Positions 38,930 through 45,946 are shown, numbered from the stretch's first letter. The stretch: 59,669 nt of DNA from a virus (IMGVR_UViG_3300030389_003133:1-59669); one strand, 5' to 3'. Made by a program: numbers and translations. The notes: generated from the letters alone by a model not told the origin.

Positions 38930-39038
38930 CTTTATTTAATTTTTCGTTTTTAAGTTTTGTTTTTTCTCGTACAGATTTATTTGGAAATATTTTATCTATA
39001 TATTTTTTCATTCCGTCTGTATGTTCTCTTTGTCTCAT
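38916..39038 (-). CDS. Small hypothetical protein (40 aa)
   Basis: TAATG-coupled to the groEL stop; MRQREHTDGMKKY... Confidence 0.45.
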   Translation of the reverse strand: MRQREHTDGMKKYIDKIFPNKSVREKTKLKNEKLNKDGNK

Positions 39039-40648
39039 TATGCTGAGGTTTCATAACTACGTGCCATAGTAACTATAGCATTAGTTGATAAAATAGTAAC
39101 GGCTACCGATACTGCATTTTGTAAAGCCTGTCTTGTAACTTTTACAGGGTCTATTACTCCAAGAGTCATTAGATAACCATACTTTTCTTTTTTTACATCA
39201 TAACCATAATTAGCACCTTTGCTATTTTTATAAATCTCTTTTAGTTCTAATCCTGCGTTTACTAATATCTGATTCATTGGTGCTGACAATGATTCAGCTA
39301 AAATTGCATAAGCAATTTTTTTTGAAAAATTTTCTTCACTGTTTTCCTGAACCGCACAAGACTTGGCATGATTATATAACGCTAGTCCTCCGCCCGGTAG
39401 TATGCCTTCTTCAAGAGCACTACGTACGGCACACACCGCATCGTCTACTCTATCAAACAATTCTTTTTGTTCTAAGTCTGTATTACCACCAACATATACA
39501 ACACCTATACCTCCGGTTAGCGAAGCTATCCTTTGGTTTATAAAATCTTTATCTTGTTTCTTTGTGGCTTCTTCATACGCCTCATGTAGTTGTGCAACTC
39601 TTTCTTCAACTTCTTCATTGGATGAATCTTCATCTTTCACGATGACTGTTGAGTCACGGCTAACTATCACCTTAGCACAATGACCCAAATCGTTGAAACT
39701 AATCAAACTCAAATCATCGCCTGTCTTTTCGCTAAAGTAAGTTGCACCTATGCTTATTGCAATATCCTGCATTAACTCGTGTTGTCTGTATCCAAAGTCC
39801 GGCGGGACTATGTTACATATCTTTAAACCATTCTTTATTACATTAGCTGCTAAAGTATTTATAACGTTTGTAGAGCACGGAGCTATAATCAAAAGTTTCT
39901 TGCCTTCTGATATTATTGGTTTTAATATATTTTCTATTTGGAGTATGTTGCTTATCTCTCCATCACAAACTAATACGTATGTGTCTTCAAAGACACACTC
40001 ATCTCTCTTTTGGTCATTGATAAATAAGCCTGAAGAATATCCTCTTTTAATTTTTATTCCTTTAGTAGTTTCATAATATGTAGATGAGGTTTTACTTTTT
40101 TCTACTGTGACTACTCCATCCTTACCTACGCTTTCGTAAACGTCCGCAATAATTCCACCAACTTTTTTATCGTTGTTGGCTGATATAATGGCAACGTCCC
40201 GTAATCTTTTTTCGTCTAGCTTCTTGCCTTTTACTTTGAGAGACTTTGAAATTAATTTCGTAATCTCTACCAAATGTCGCAAGACCTCCGTTCGATTTAC
40301 TTTCGAATCTATTAATTTTGTACCTGCATCTACTAATGCTTCTGCTAATACAATAGCAGTTGTCGTTCCATCACCTGCTGAGGTAGCAGTTCTATCTGCA
40401 GCTTCTTTCATCATTCTAACCGCAAGGTTTTCAACCGGGTCTAATAATGAAATTGACTTTGCTACAGTAACACCATCTTTAGTTACTGTTATACCATGTA
40501 AGTGTTCAGGGGATTCTATTAACACAGTGTTTCCTCGAGGACCGAGGGTCGACTTCACTGCGTTAGCGATTTGCTTAATTCCTTTGATTAGTTTTTCTCT
40601 GCCTTCATTATTGAAATGAAGTTCTTTAGGATTGAAACCTTTCTGCAT
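39038..40648 (-). CDS. groEL: Phage chaperonin GroEL (536 aa)
   Basis: TLGPRG, TKDGVTVAK, AGDGTTTA, GILPGGG and GVIDPVKV motifs; lacks the GGM tail. Confidence 0.95.
   Translation of the reverse strand: MQKGFNPKELHFNNEGREKLIKGIKQIANAVKSTLGPRGNTVLIESPEHLHGITVTKDGVTVAKSISLLDPVENLAVRMMKEAADRTATSAGDGTTTAIVLAEALVDAGTKLIDSKVNRTEVLRHLVEITKLISKSLKVKGKKLDEKRLRDVAIISANNDKKVGGIIADVYESVGKDGVVTVEKSKTSSTYYETTKGIKIKRGYSSGLFINDQKRDECVFEDTYVLVCDGEISNILQIENILKPIISEGKKLLIIAPCSTNVINTLAANVIKNGLKICNIVPPDFGYRQHELMQDIAISIGATYFSEKTGDDLSLISFNDLGHCAKVIVSRDSTVIVKDEDSSNEEVEERVAQLHEAYEEATKKQDKDFINQRIASLTGGIGVVYVGGNTDLEQKELFDRVDDAVCAVRSALEEGILPGGGLALYNHAKSCAVQENSEENFSKKIAYAILAESLSAPMNQILVNAGLELKEIYKNSKGANYGYDVKKEKYGYLMTLGVIDPVKVTRQALQNAVSVAVTILSTNAIVTMARSYETSA
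39981..39996. repeat. 16-bp palindrome copy (GTGTCTTCAAAGACAC), intragenic
   Basis: Reads VFEDT in GroEL. Confidence 0.9.
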
Positions 40649-40672
40649 ACTAAATTGAATTTAATTGTTATG

Positions 40673-40680
40673 CAAAGGTA
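40673..40680 (-). promoter_or_regulatory. -7 box TACCTTTG upstream of groEL
   Basis: Matches TAnnTTTG. Confidence 0.6.
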
Positions 40681-40775
40681 CTAAAATAAATTTAGAAATA
40701 AATGCTTTCTTTTTATGCTGCTATACTACTACTACTCTTATTGCCGATATTCTTTTTTTTTAAATGCGAGGCTTT

Positions 40776-40879
40776 AAACTAAGCATTTTAAGCATTTTAT
40801 AATTAAGTAGTTGATAGTCAATAAGTTATGAAAAAAAAGTAAGCACAAACTGAACACAAACTAAGCACAGAGTTAACAT
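40776..40879 (+). repeat. 11-bp iteron-like array A (AAAGTAAGCAC-like x4 at 40836-40879, plus one at 40776)
   Basis: AAAGTAAGCAC AAACTGAACAC AAACTAAGCAC AGAGTTAACAT; AT-rich flank and an IHF-consensus match near 40804-40816. Confidence 0.65.
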
Positions 40880-40888
40880 AAGGGCATA

Positions 40889-40924
40889 AAAAAAAGGGAC
40901 CTTCCTCTTCCAAAAGCCCCTTTT
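40889..40924 (-). terminator. Possible terminator after the 65-aa gene
   Basis: GGGGCUUUU/GAAGGUCCC stem with wobble pairs followed by U7. Confidence 0.4.
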
Positions 40925-40968
40925 CAATCAAACATCAATCACTATAATTTACGACACTTATAGTATTT

Positions 40969-41166
40969 TTATTTTTTAAATAAGTCTATGTTAGCCTTAG
41001 CAAGTTCATTACCTTCGGCAATCATTTGTACTTTTTTATAACGCTTCATTGAGTTCTTCATATCAATCATTGCAGTGATACCCATTTGAGGTGTGGGTGC
41101 GTTATTGATAAGCCTTCCGTCTTTTACTTCATAGCCCATCATTGAAGGTGGTATTTTAAAATGCAT
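40969..41166 (-). CDS. Hypothetical protein (65 aa), first gene of the minus-strand block
   Basis: ORF track; GYEVKDGRLIN. Confidence 0.65.
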   Translation of the reverse strand: MHFKIPPSMMGYEVKDGRLINNAPTPQMGITAMIDMKNSMKRYKKVQMIAEGNELAKANIDLFKK

Positions 41167-41188
41167 AACTTATAATTTTTTGTTTCTA

Positions 41189-41196
41189 CAAAGATA
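41189..41196 (-). promoter_or_regulatory. -7 box TATCTTTG
   Basis: Upstream of 41166. Confidence 0.6.
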
Positions 41197-41228
41197 GTAA
41201 AATTTTATTTAGGTGTATGTAGTATTTA

Positions 41229-41445
41229 GGTCCCCCCACCCCACCGGCACCGCACCCTGCTGCGGAAGTCCGTTTTTTTTCTTGGGGGGGGTCGTCGTTT
41301 TTGTGCTGCGGTTCTGATTTTTTTGGCTTTTTCTGTGGTCCCTTTGTCCCTGTGACCTGTAACCTGTTGACGTTCCCCCGTTCCCCCGTTCCTTTGCCCC
41401 CGTTTGGACCGTTAACGTTCCCCCGTTAACGTTCTCCGCCCTCTG
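41229..41445. other. GC-rich, A-poor non-coding segment with C/G runs and CGTTCCCC repeats; candidate genome end/packaging region
   Basis: Composition unlike the rest of the genome; sits at the late/early divergence point. Confidence 0.45.
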
Positions 41446-41467
41446 ATTACGTTTTGAAAGTATGTTT

Positions 41468-41483
41468 GTGTCTTTAAAGACAC
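41468..41483. repeat. Perfect 16-bp palindrome, intergenic
   Basis: GTGTCTTTAAAGACAC upstream of the early promoter. Confidence 0.95.
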
Positions 41484-41617
41484 GAAGTTTAAAGGGAACC
41501 GCAAAGCCCCGAAAATTAGAGCATAATAAAACTTAGGGAATTAACAGAGGTCAAAGCCTTGATTTTCAGAGAGAACAAAAGAAAATTAAAAAAAATGTCA
41601 AAAAACACCGTTCAACC

Positions 41618-41648
41618 TTTGGTAGTTTACAGAAAAGAACTATATTTG
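41618..41648 (+). promoter_or_regulatory. Early promoter, Bacteroidota primary-sigma consensus
   Basis: TTTG (41618)-19 nt-TATATTTG (41641); followed by hairpin GATGAACG/CGTTCATC (41653-41673). Confidence 0.8.
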
Positions 41649-41692
41649 AACAGATGAACGACGAACGTTCATCGTAATTTAAACTTAAATAA

Positions 41693-42325
41693 TTGAAAAT
41701 GAATAATTTAATGCAAATCGAGGCAGATTTTTTAGCCTCACAAAGTGAAGTAAATTTCAGAACTGTTTGGAATTTACAGAATCAAGTAAGCGATGCTAAG
41801 AAATCGAAATTTGATAAGTCGCTAAAGTTAGCGAAGTTAGTGAGCCAATCTTTAGAGTGGTTCAAAAAGCCTGAGACGAAAGGCGAATTACTTGAAGCAG
41901 GTATCGAATGGACCAATGCTGAAGTATTTTTTAACAGAGTGTACGGGTGGCAAAAGTCGTTCGGTCACAAAATGGTTAAAGCAGGTAATCTTGAAACGTC
42001 TTTAGTAACTAAATTCAAGAGAAAATGTACTCAATTAGAGAACAACGGCGAGGATGCAACAAGAAGCATCGAAGCACTTTTGAAATTTGCGAAAGCAGAG
42101 CAAAACGGCGACGAAGCCGAAGTACCAACAAGAGTAAAAACTTTATTCAATTTATCGTTTGCGAAAGACGGTATCAACGGAGAAAGGGGCTATACTTTGA
42201 GAGTAACGGAAACGGGCGAAATCATCGACAACGGCGACGTTGAAAATGATTTAATTGCTAACTACGTTGCGAAACTAGCATCAAGAGTATCAATCGAAAT
42301 TCAAAACTTAAATAATAATCAATAA
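41693..42325 (+). CDS. First early gene, hypothetical (~210 aa; ATG at 41699 is an alternative start)
   Basis: ORF track; directly after the promoter. Confidence 0.75.
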   Translation: MKMNNLMQIEADFLASQSEVNFRTVWNLQNQVSDAKKSKFDKSLKLAKLVSQSLEWFKKPETKGELLEAGIEWTNAEVFFNRVYGWQKSFGHKMVKAGNLETSLVTKFKRKCTQLENNGEDATRSIEALLKFAKAEQNGDEAEVPTRVKTLFNLSFAKDGINGERGYTLRVTETGEIIDNGDVENDLIANYVAKLASRVSIEIQNLNNNQ

Positions 42326-42329
42326 TTCT

Positions 42330-42345
42330 GTGTCTTTAAAGACAC
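42330..42345. repeat. Perfect 16-bp palindrome, intergenic
   Basis: Between the 42325 stop and the 42362 start. Confidence 0.95.
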
Positions 42346-42361
42346 CAAAAAACGTAACACA

Positions 42362-43393
42362 ATGAGAAATTTATTAAACAACGGGGTTAAATTCGAAACT
42401 CTAAACGATAACACAAGACGTGGCGAAATTGTCAGTTATCACTGTAAGCCAAACCCCATTGACCGCTCAAAAGCGGAACAAGTCGACATCAACGGTTTAA
42501 AACCCGTCGACCGTCAGAACGTCAAAATTGACGGGGACGAGTTCGAGAGCCGTTTCAAAATTGGTATGGAGTTCGAAAAGAACCGTTTGAATCGTGGTGC
42601 CGTCCAAGAGTACCCGTTATTCTGTGGGTTCGAGAGAGACAGTTCCTGCGGTTTTAGGTCAGGTCAGGGGGGCTATGAAGCGGTAACCCATATAATACCG
42701 CTTATCGGTCCTAGTATGTGGCGAACAAAGGTCTTTAATATGTTCCACGAAGCACGAAAAATAATCGATGATAATTACAGTCCGTCAAACAGTCGTTGCG
42801 GTGGTCATATTACTTTATCGGTTGACGGTATGAGCGGTGCGGACCTGATGCAAAAAGTGAGAAAATTTTCTCCCGTTATACTTGCTATCTTTAGACACCG
42901 CCTGAATAACGGTTATTGTATGGGTAACCCTCAAATGTTGCCTAGTGTATACGACGGGGTCAATTCAAGCCGTTACGACGGCTCCCGTAAGTACGTCGTT
43001 TGTAAGGATACGGGGTTCGGTATCGAGTTCCGTTTGCCGTCCCGTTTCACGTCTGTGAAGCAAACAATAAGACGATACGAGATAATGTATCACCTCTTAG
43101 ATTTTTCGGTCAACAAACCTAATGCGACCTTGCACAAGTTCCATAACACGTTGAAACCTATTTTAATTTCAATGTACGACGGGAATATTGACAAAGTTGA
43201 TGCGGTCATAGATTTGGCGAAGCACTTCGCCAAGTTTATGGAAACGGGCAAAGTGAATCAACACACCGCCCCATGGCTAGAGGGTTGGTGGTCACGACGT
43301 AACCGAGCCTTTGGGTCTTATAGAAGTTGCTATCAAAGAAACTTCAGACCCGACCAAGACACCGTTTTAGAATGGTTGAGGGTTAACGGTTGA
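42362..43393 (+). CDS. Putative amidoligase (COOH-NH2 ligase, glutamine-synthetase-like fold; 343 aa)
   Basis: IGMEFE, ERDSS, GYEAVT, CGGHIT and IEFRLP motifs in the expected order. Confidence 0.7.
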   Translation: MRNLLNNGVKFETLNDNTRRGEIVSYHCKPNPIDRSKAEQVDINGLKPVDRQNVKIDGDEFESRFKIGMEFEKNRLNRGAVQEYPLFCGFERDSSCGFRSGQGGYEAVTHIIPLIGPSMWRTKVFNMFHEARKIIDDNYSPSNSRCGGHITLSVDGMSGADLMQKVRKFSPVILAIFRHRLNNGYCMGNPQMLPSVYDGVNSSRYDGSRKYVVCKDTGFGIEFRLPSRFTSVKQTIRRYEIMYHLLDFSVNKPNATLHKFHNTLKPILISMYDGNIDKVDAVIDLAKHFAKFMETGKVNQHTAPWLEGWWSRRNRAFGSYRSCYQRNFRPDQDTVLEWLRVNG

Positions 43394-43406
43394 CACCGAC
43401 ACCAAC

Positions 43407-43433
43407 GGACCTTAGCACGTCCCTAAACTGCTA
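43407..43433 (+). ncRNA. H-type pseudoknot candidate upstream of hammerhead 1
   Basis: Stem 1 GGAC(43407-10)/GUCC(43419-22); stem 2 UAGCA(43413-17)/UGCUA(43429-33). Confidence 0.6.
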
Positions 43434-43484
43434 CCGTCGGCGGATGTGTATTCGCCCTGATGAGTTCGAAAGAACGAAACGGTA
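43432..43484 (+). ncRNA. Type III hammerhead ribozyme 1 (cleavage after GUC, C43438)
   Basis: Stem III UACCGU/ACGGUA; stem I GGCGGA/UUCGCC with loop UGUGUA; core CUGAUGA; stem II GUUC-GAAA-GAAC; core GAAA. Confidence 0.93.
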
Positions 43485-43507
43485 ATTTTAATTTAATACT
43501 TATAAAA

Positions 43508-43729
43508 ATGAAAACTTTAAACATTATTCAAAATTCAATCTTAACAATCGTTACACTGTTTGTAATTTCTACATCAATGCGTATACTTTGGCACGTCATC
43601 ACAACCGACGGGGTCGGGGTATCGTGGGCATCTGTAGGGGTCGGGTTATTGTTGGGGTCGTTCCTTGCCTTTCTATGTGGAATGGTCATCACGTTGGTGG
43701 TCAACCTATGGAAAGAAACAATAGCATAG
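43508..43729 (+). CDS. Small two-TM membrane protein (73 aa) flanked by two hammerheads
   Basis: ATG at 43508 after an AU-rich leader; two hydrophobic helices. Confidence 0.7.
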   Translation: MKTLNIIQNSILTIVTLFVISTSMRILWHVITTDGVGVSWASVGVGLLLGSFLAFLCGMVITLVVNLWKETIA

Positions 43730-43746
43730 GCAGAGTCTAAGGGGTT

Positions 43747-43762
43747 GTGTCTTTAAAGACAC
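43747..43762. repeat. Perfect 16-bp palindrome in an extended hairpin, directly 5' of hammerhead 2
   Basis: GGGGTT-GTGTCTTTAAAGACAC-CGCCCC. Confidence 0.95.
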
Positions 43763-43768
43763 CGCCCC

Positions 43769-43817
43769 CCGTAACGGGATGAGTGTCCCGTCTGATGATT
43801 CCAAAAGGATGAAACGG
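43769..43817 (+). ncRNA. Type III hammerhead ribozyme 2 (cleavage after GUA, A43773)
   Basis: Stem III CCGU/ACGG; stem I ACGGGA/UCCCGU with loop UGAGUG; CUGAUGA; stem II U-UCC-AAAA-GGA-U; GAAA. Confidence 0.87.
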
Positions 43818-43836
43818 TAACTTAAAATTTAATAAA

Positions 43837-43974
43837 ATGAAACTAGAAAACTTTAAATGGACAGACGAACTTGTAATGCGATTTGATGGTACATTATTTA
43901 CCTTCGGTCAAAGTAAAGAAAGTAAGATAAAAGAGTTCAAAGAAATGATAATTAATGAATTAAACAATCAATAA
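43837..43974 (+). CDS. Small hypothetical protein (45 aa)
   Basis: Hand translation MKLENFKWTDELVMRF...; 19 nt after hammerhead 2. Confidence 0.65.
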   Translation: MKLENFKWTDELVMRFDGTLFTFGQSKESKIKEFKEMIINELNNQ

Positions 43975-43975
43975 T

Positions 43976-44161
43976 ATGTATACAGTAGTAGGACCGTGGT
44001 CCAATGAAAAAACCACACAATGTGTAATTGAAAAGATACACAGTTGGAGTTATGAAACCAACAAAGGATACATTAACAAGAATTATTGTTATTGTAATGA
44101 AGCGACCGCAAAGGTTGGCGACACAATAAAAGTAAAGGAAAGATTTTTACAAAACTTTTAA
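43976..44161 (+). CDS. Hypothetical protein (61 aa)
   Basis: ORF track; tight packing. Confidence 0.6.
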   Translation: MYTVVGPWSNEKTTQCVIEKIHSWSYETNKGYINKNYCYCNEATAKVGDTIKVKERFLQNF

Positions 44162-44162
44162 T

Positions 44163-44336
44163 ATGGAAGCACTAAAGTCTTATACAATTTACTACAAAGG
44201 AAAGCCCGTCTCACGAGAGGCGGGTTATACCAAGTACCACGCCCTAGACAAGGCGTATACAAATTTGTCTCAAAAATACAAAGGTATCGAGAGAAAAAAC
44301 CTAGACACCAAAAAAAATAAATTTGGTTATGTCTAA
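44163..44336 (+). CDS. Small hypothetical protein (57 aa)
   Basis: Hand translation MEALKSYTIYYKGK...KFGYV. Confidence 0.6.
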   Translation: MEALKSYTIYYKGKPVSREAGYTKYHALDKAYTNLSQKYKGIERKNLDTKKNKFGYV

Positions 44337-44353
44337 ATTTTGTCGTATCTTTG
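44322..44353 (+). promoter_or_regulatory. Second early promoter, Bacteroidota consensus
   Basis: TTTG (44322)-20 nt-TATCTTTG (44346). Confidence 0.75.
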
Positions 44354-44373
44354 TTTAATATTAATCGAGTTCT

Positions 44374-44389
44374 GTGTCTTTTTAGGCAC
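44374..44389. repeat. Degenerate palindrome copy GTGTCTTTTTAGGCAC in a 5' leader
   Basis: Three mismatches; still pairs as GUGUCU/AGGCAC with a G-U wobble. Confidence 0.6.
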
Positions 44390-44408
44390 CGCTCACAAAT
44401 TTAATTTT

Positions 44409-45497
44409 ATGTGTATTATAATAATCAAACAGAAAAACAAAGTAGTACCACGTGAGGTACTCAAAACAAGTTCACGAATCAATCCACACGGGTTGGGTAT
44501 TGTTTGGCTTGACACGTTCGAGACTACATACCACAAGTCAAGAGAATACAAAGTATTGTATACCGACAGACCGTACATCGCTCACTTTAGATATGCTACA
44601 GTTGGGAAAGTTTGCAGAGCAAACACACACCCGTTTGTATGCGGACACAACAAACACGAGTTGCTTATGATGAACGGTACAGTTCACGGGTACGGCAACA
44701 AGAATATGACCGACACCGAGGACCTAGCAATCAAGTTAGGCAGGACACCACGTCACACGTGGAAACAATCCCTAGCCAAGTTTGATGCTCGATTCGTAGC
44801 AATTAACACACGCACACGGTCGTTTCAAATCTTTAACAAGCACCTCTATACATTGAGAGACGGGGTTTGGTATTCAAAGACCAACGTCCTACAAGATAAC
44901 CTCATTGCGGTCTATGGCACATTGCGTAAGGGTAACGGTAACTATTACCGTTACTTGCGTAATGCAAAGCACTTAGGAACGGGAAAGACCAAGTACAAAT
45001 ACCCTATGGTTTCAAACGGTATACCGTACGTCATTCCCGAAAAGGGAAAGGGTCACAACGTAGTTGTTGACGTGTTCAAAGTCAGCGACACCACGTTGCA
45101 GAGAGTGGACAGTTTGGAAGGTCATCCCAAGTGGTACAAGCGAAAGCAGATACTTGTCAAAGTCAATGGCAAGGAGTACCCTTGTTGGTTGTATTTCAAC
45201 GAGGGAGCGAAAACTCAGTGGAACGGGTCAAACCACATCGCCGACTTTAACAACAGACCCAAGCCCAAGTTTACATTTACGAGGCACCCCGAGGCAGATG
45301 CTGAGGACGTGTTCAAGTTTGAGGACTCGCCTGAGTGTACTCAAATAGATATGTATAACGAGTTCGACCGCAGTAAAGAAAAACCGATTTGTATTGACTG
45401 TTATCACGACCTTGAGTTCGACGGGTTTGCTAACTATCATTGCAACGGTTGTGACGGTTGGTTCACGGAAGAAGAAGTGTTACGGTTCCAAGACTAA
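44409..45497 (+). CDS. Class II glutamine amidotransferase + gamma-glutamylcyclotransferase (AIG2-like) + Zn-ribbon fusion (362 aa)
   Basis: Met-Cys N-terminal nucleophile, NPHGLG, HFRYATVG, NTHPF, NG; then AVYGTLRKG and LEGHPKWYKR; C-terminal CxxC...CxxC. Confidence 0.82.
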   Translation: MCIIIIKQKNKVVPREVLKTSSRINPHGLGIVWLDTFETTYHKSREYKVLYTDRPYIAHFRYATVGKVCRANTHPFVCGHNKHELLMMNGTVHGYGNKNMTDTEDLAIKLGRTPRHTWKQSLAKFDARFVAINTRTRSFQIFNKHLYTLRDGVWYSKTNVLQDNLIAVYGTLRKGNGNYYRYLRNAKHLGTGKTKYKYPMVSNGIPYVIPEKGKGHNVVVDVFKVSDTTLQRVDSLEGHPKWYKRKQILVKVNGKEYPCWLYFNEGAKTQWNGSNHIADFNNRPKPKFTFTRHPEADAEDVFKFEDSPECTQIDMYNEFDRSKEKPICIDCYHDLEFDGFANYHCNGCDGWFTEEEVLRFQD

Positions 45498-45510
45498 CCT
45501 AAGTAAGCTC

Positions 45511-45526
45511 GTGTCTTCAAAGACAC
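45511..45526. repeat. 16-bp palindrome copy in an extended hairpin, directly 5' of hammerhead 3
   Basis: AGCTC-GTGTCTTCAAAGACAC-GGGCT. Confidence 0.92.
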
Positions 45527-45530
45527 GGGC

Positions 45531-45583
45531 TACTGTTCAGGAATGTGTGTTCCTGCTGATGAAGTCAAAAGACAGAAACAGTA
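45531..45583 (+). ncRNA. Type III hammerhead ribozyme 3 (cleavage after GUU, U45537)
   Basis: Stem III UACUGU/ACAGUA; stem I CAGGAA/UUCCUG with loop UGUGUG; CUGAUGA; stem II A-GUC-AAAA-GAC-A; GAAA. Confidence 0.87.
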
Positions 45584-45600
45584 ACTTTAAATTTAATAAA

Positions 45601-45942
45601 ATGAATATAGACTTAACACATTTGTCAGAACGAAAGGTCGGACAAAGACAAACAGAAAAAACTATATACCACAATCCACGAACTAACTTGTTTGGATTTA
45701 GCGGAGACGGTATTGGTTTTGTGAAGTACGTAAAGAGCCGTGGCGAAATTCAAAAACGTCAGAACGGATTTACGAAATGGTACCACGGGTCGAGCAATAC
45801 TTTAGTGGAAGCGGTCCGCAACATACGTAAGTGGTACGGCTTGAACGTATCGCCAAGTGGTTGGAACAAGTACCGAGTGAAGTACAGAAACTTAGAGACC
45901 AACGAATTAATTAAAACTTTGTATAACGAAATAAATAAATAA
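45601..45942 (+). CDS. Hypothetical early protein (113 aa)
   Basis: ATG at 45601 after an AU-rich leader, 17 nt past hammerhead 3. Confidence 0.7.
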   Translation: MNIDLTHLSERKVGQRQTEKTIYHNPRTNLFGFSGDGIGFVKYVKSRGEIQKRQNGFTKWYHGSSNTLVEAVRNIRKWYGLNVSPSGWNKYRVKYRNLETNELIKTLYNEINK

Positions 45943-45946
45943 TCAA

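Noticed and set aside
43460-45600. ORF-track 5' extensions starting at 43460, 44340 and 45394
   Set aside because: They run through ribozymes or a promoter. ATGs at 43508, 44409 (gives the catalytic Cys2) and 45601 have proper AU-rich leaders
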